In this document: one piece after another, positions 63,811 through 64,000 of the stretch | Layout of the letters: each line of letters opens with the position of its first letter | How positions within the stretch are numbered: position 1 is the first letter of the stretch | Assembly: GCA_973895155.1 (NCBI GenBank) | Contig: OZ316897.1 | Span: 15,189,375 to 15,253,374, forward strand | Direction of reading: 5' to 3' | DNA length: 64,000 bases | Source: Marsupella aquatica | Taxonomy: Eukaryota; Plantae; Marchantiophyta | Made by a program: the position numbers and the translations under genes | Notes under the pieces: generated by a model | Told to the model about the DNA's origin: nothing | Database searches by the model: none | The model's input: the letters and a program-made list of their open reading frames with translations, nothing else

Positions 63811-64000
63811 TTGAGGGCGGCGGATCCAGACATCCAGTCCCTGATCACCTTTGTCCATTTTTTTTATGGACTCGAGGCCCCACTCTTCTATAGTCATCAC
63901 TCCTCTATTGGAGTGTATACCACTATTTCTTGTGCAAAAGGTACACGTCAGGGTGACCCTTTGGGTGGGCCTCTTTTTGCCATTGCCAATTTTACAGTTT
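63811..64000 (+). mobile_element. Non-LTR retrotransposon (LINE-type) reverse transcriptase fragment, runs off window
   Basis: Frame from 63811 reads LRAADPDIQSLITFVHFFYGLEAPLFYSHH...GTRQGDPLGGPLFAIA; GxRQGDPL is the conserved non-LTR RT motif; no start codon seen. Confidence 0.85.

Noticed and set aside
1-64000. tRNA or rRNA genes
   Set aside because: No cloverleaf with A/B boxes or rRNA-like sequence noticed by eye; tRNAscan-SE and Rfam scans would be needed to exclude them.

Overview
Eukaryotic, land-plant-type genomic DNA; gene and TE style suggest a non-flowering plant, but the species cannot be identified. It holds one intact 15-exon GH27 alpha-galactosidase gene (55530-60221, +). It also holds a young but disabled Ty1/copia element (19287-24307, -, TSD AGATT), three lone LTRs of two families, a Mutator-type MITE with a 10-bp TSD, a TIR element family with internal minisatellites, decayed hAT/Harbinger/LINE fragments, a ~2-kb extremely AT-rich island and many short tandem duplications. 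The most striking unexplained structure is two non-coding, same-strand arrays of densely packed stem-loops (~1960-5470 and ~28925-33800). A ~95-nt hairpin family (lower stem AGATAGCTGCACG/CGTGCAGATATCT, upper stem GTGGAGTTTCTTAGACTGG/CCAGTCTAAGAAACTCCAC, variable loop) recurs about every 265 bp. It shows compensatory base-pair changes, + strand G:U wobble bias and a 3' arm more conserved than the 5' arm. Between copies lie further hairpins with unrelated stem sequences. The best reading is a large, diversifying polycistronic miRNA/hairpin-small-RNA locus; this is inferred from sequence and folded by eye, with no expression evidence.
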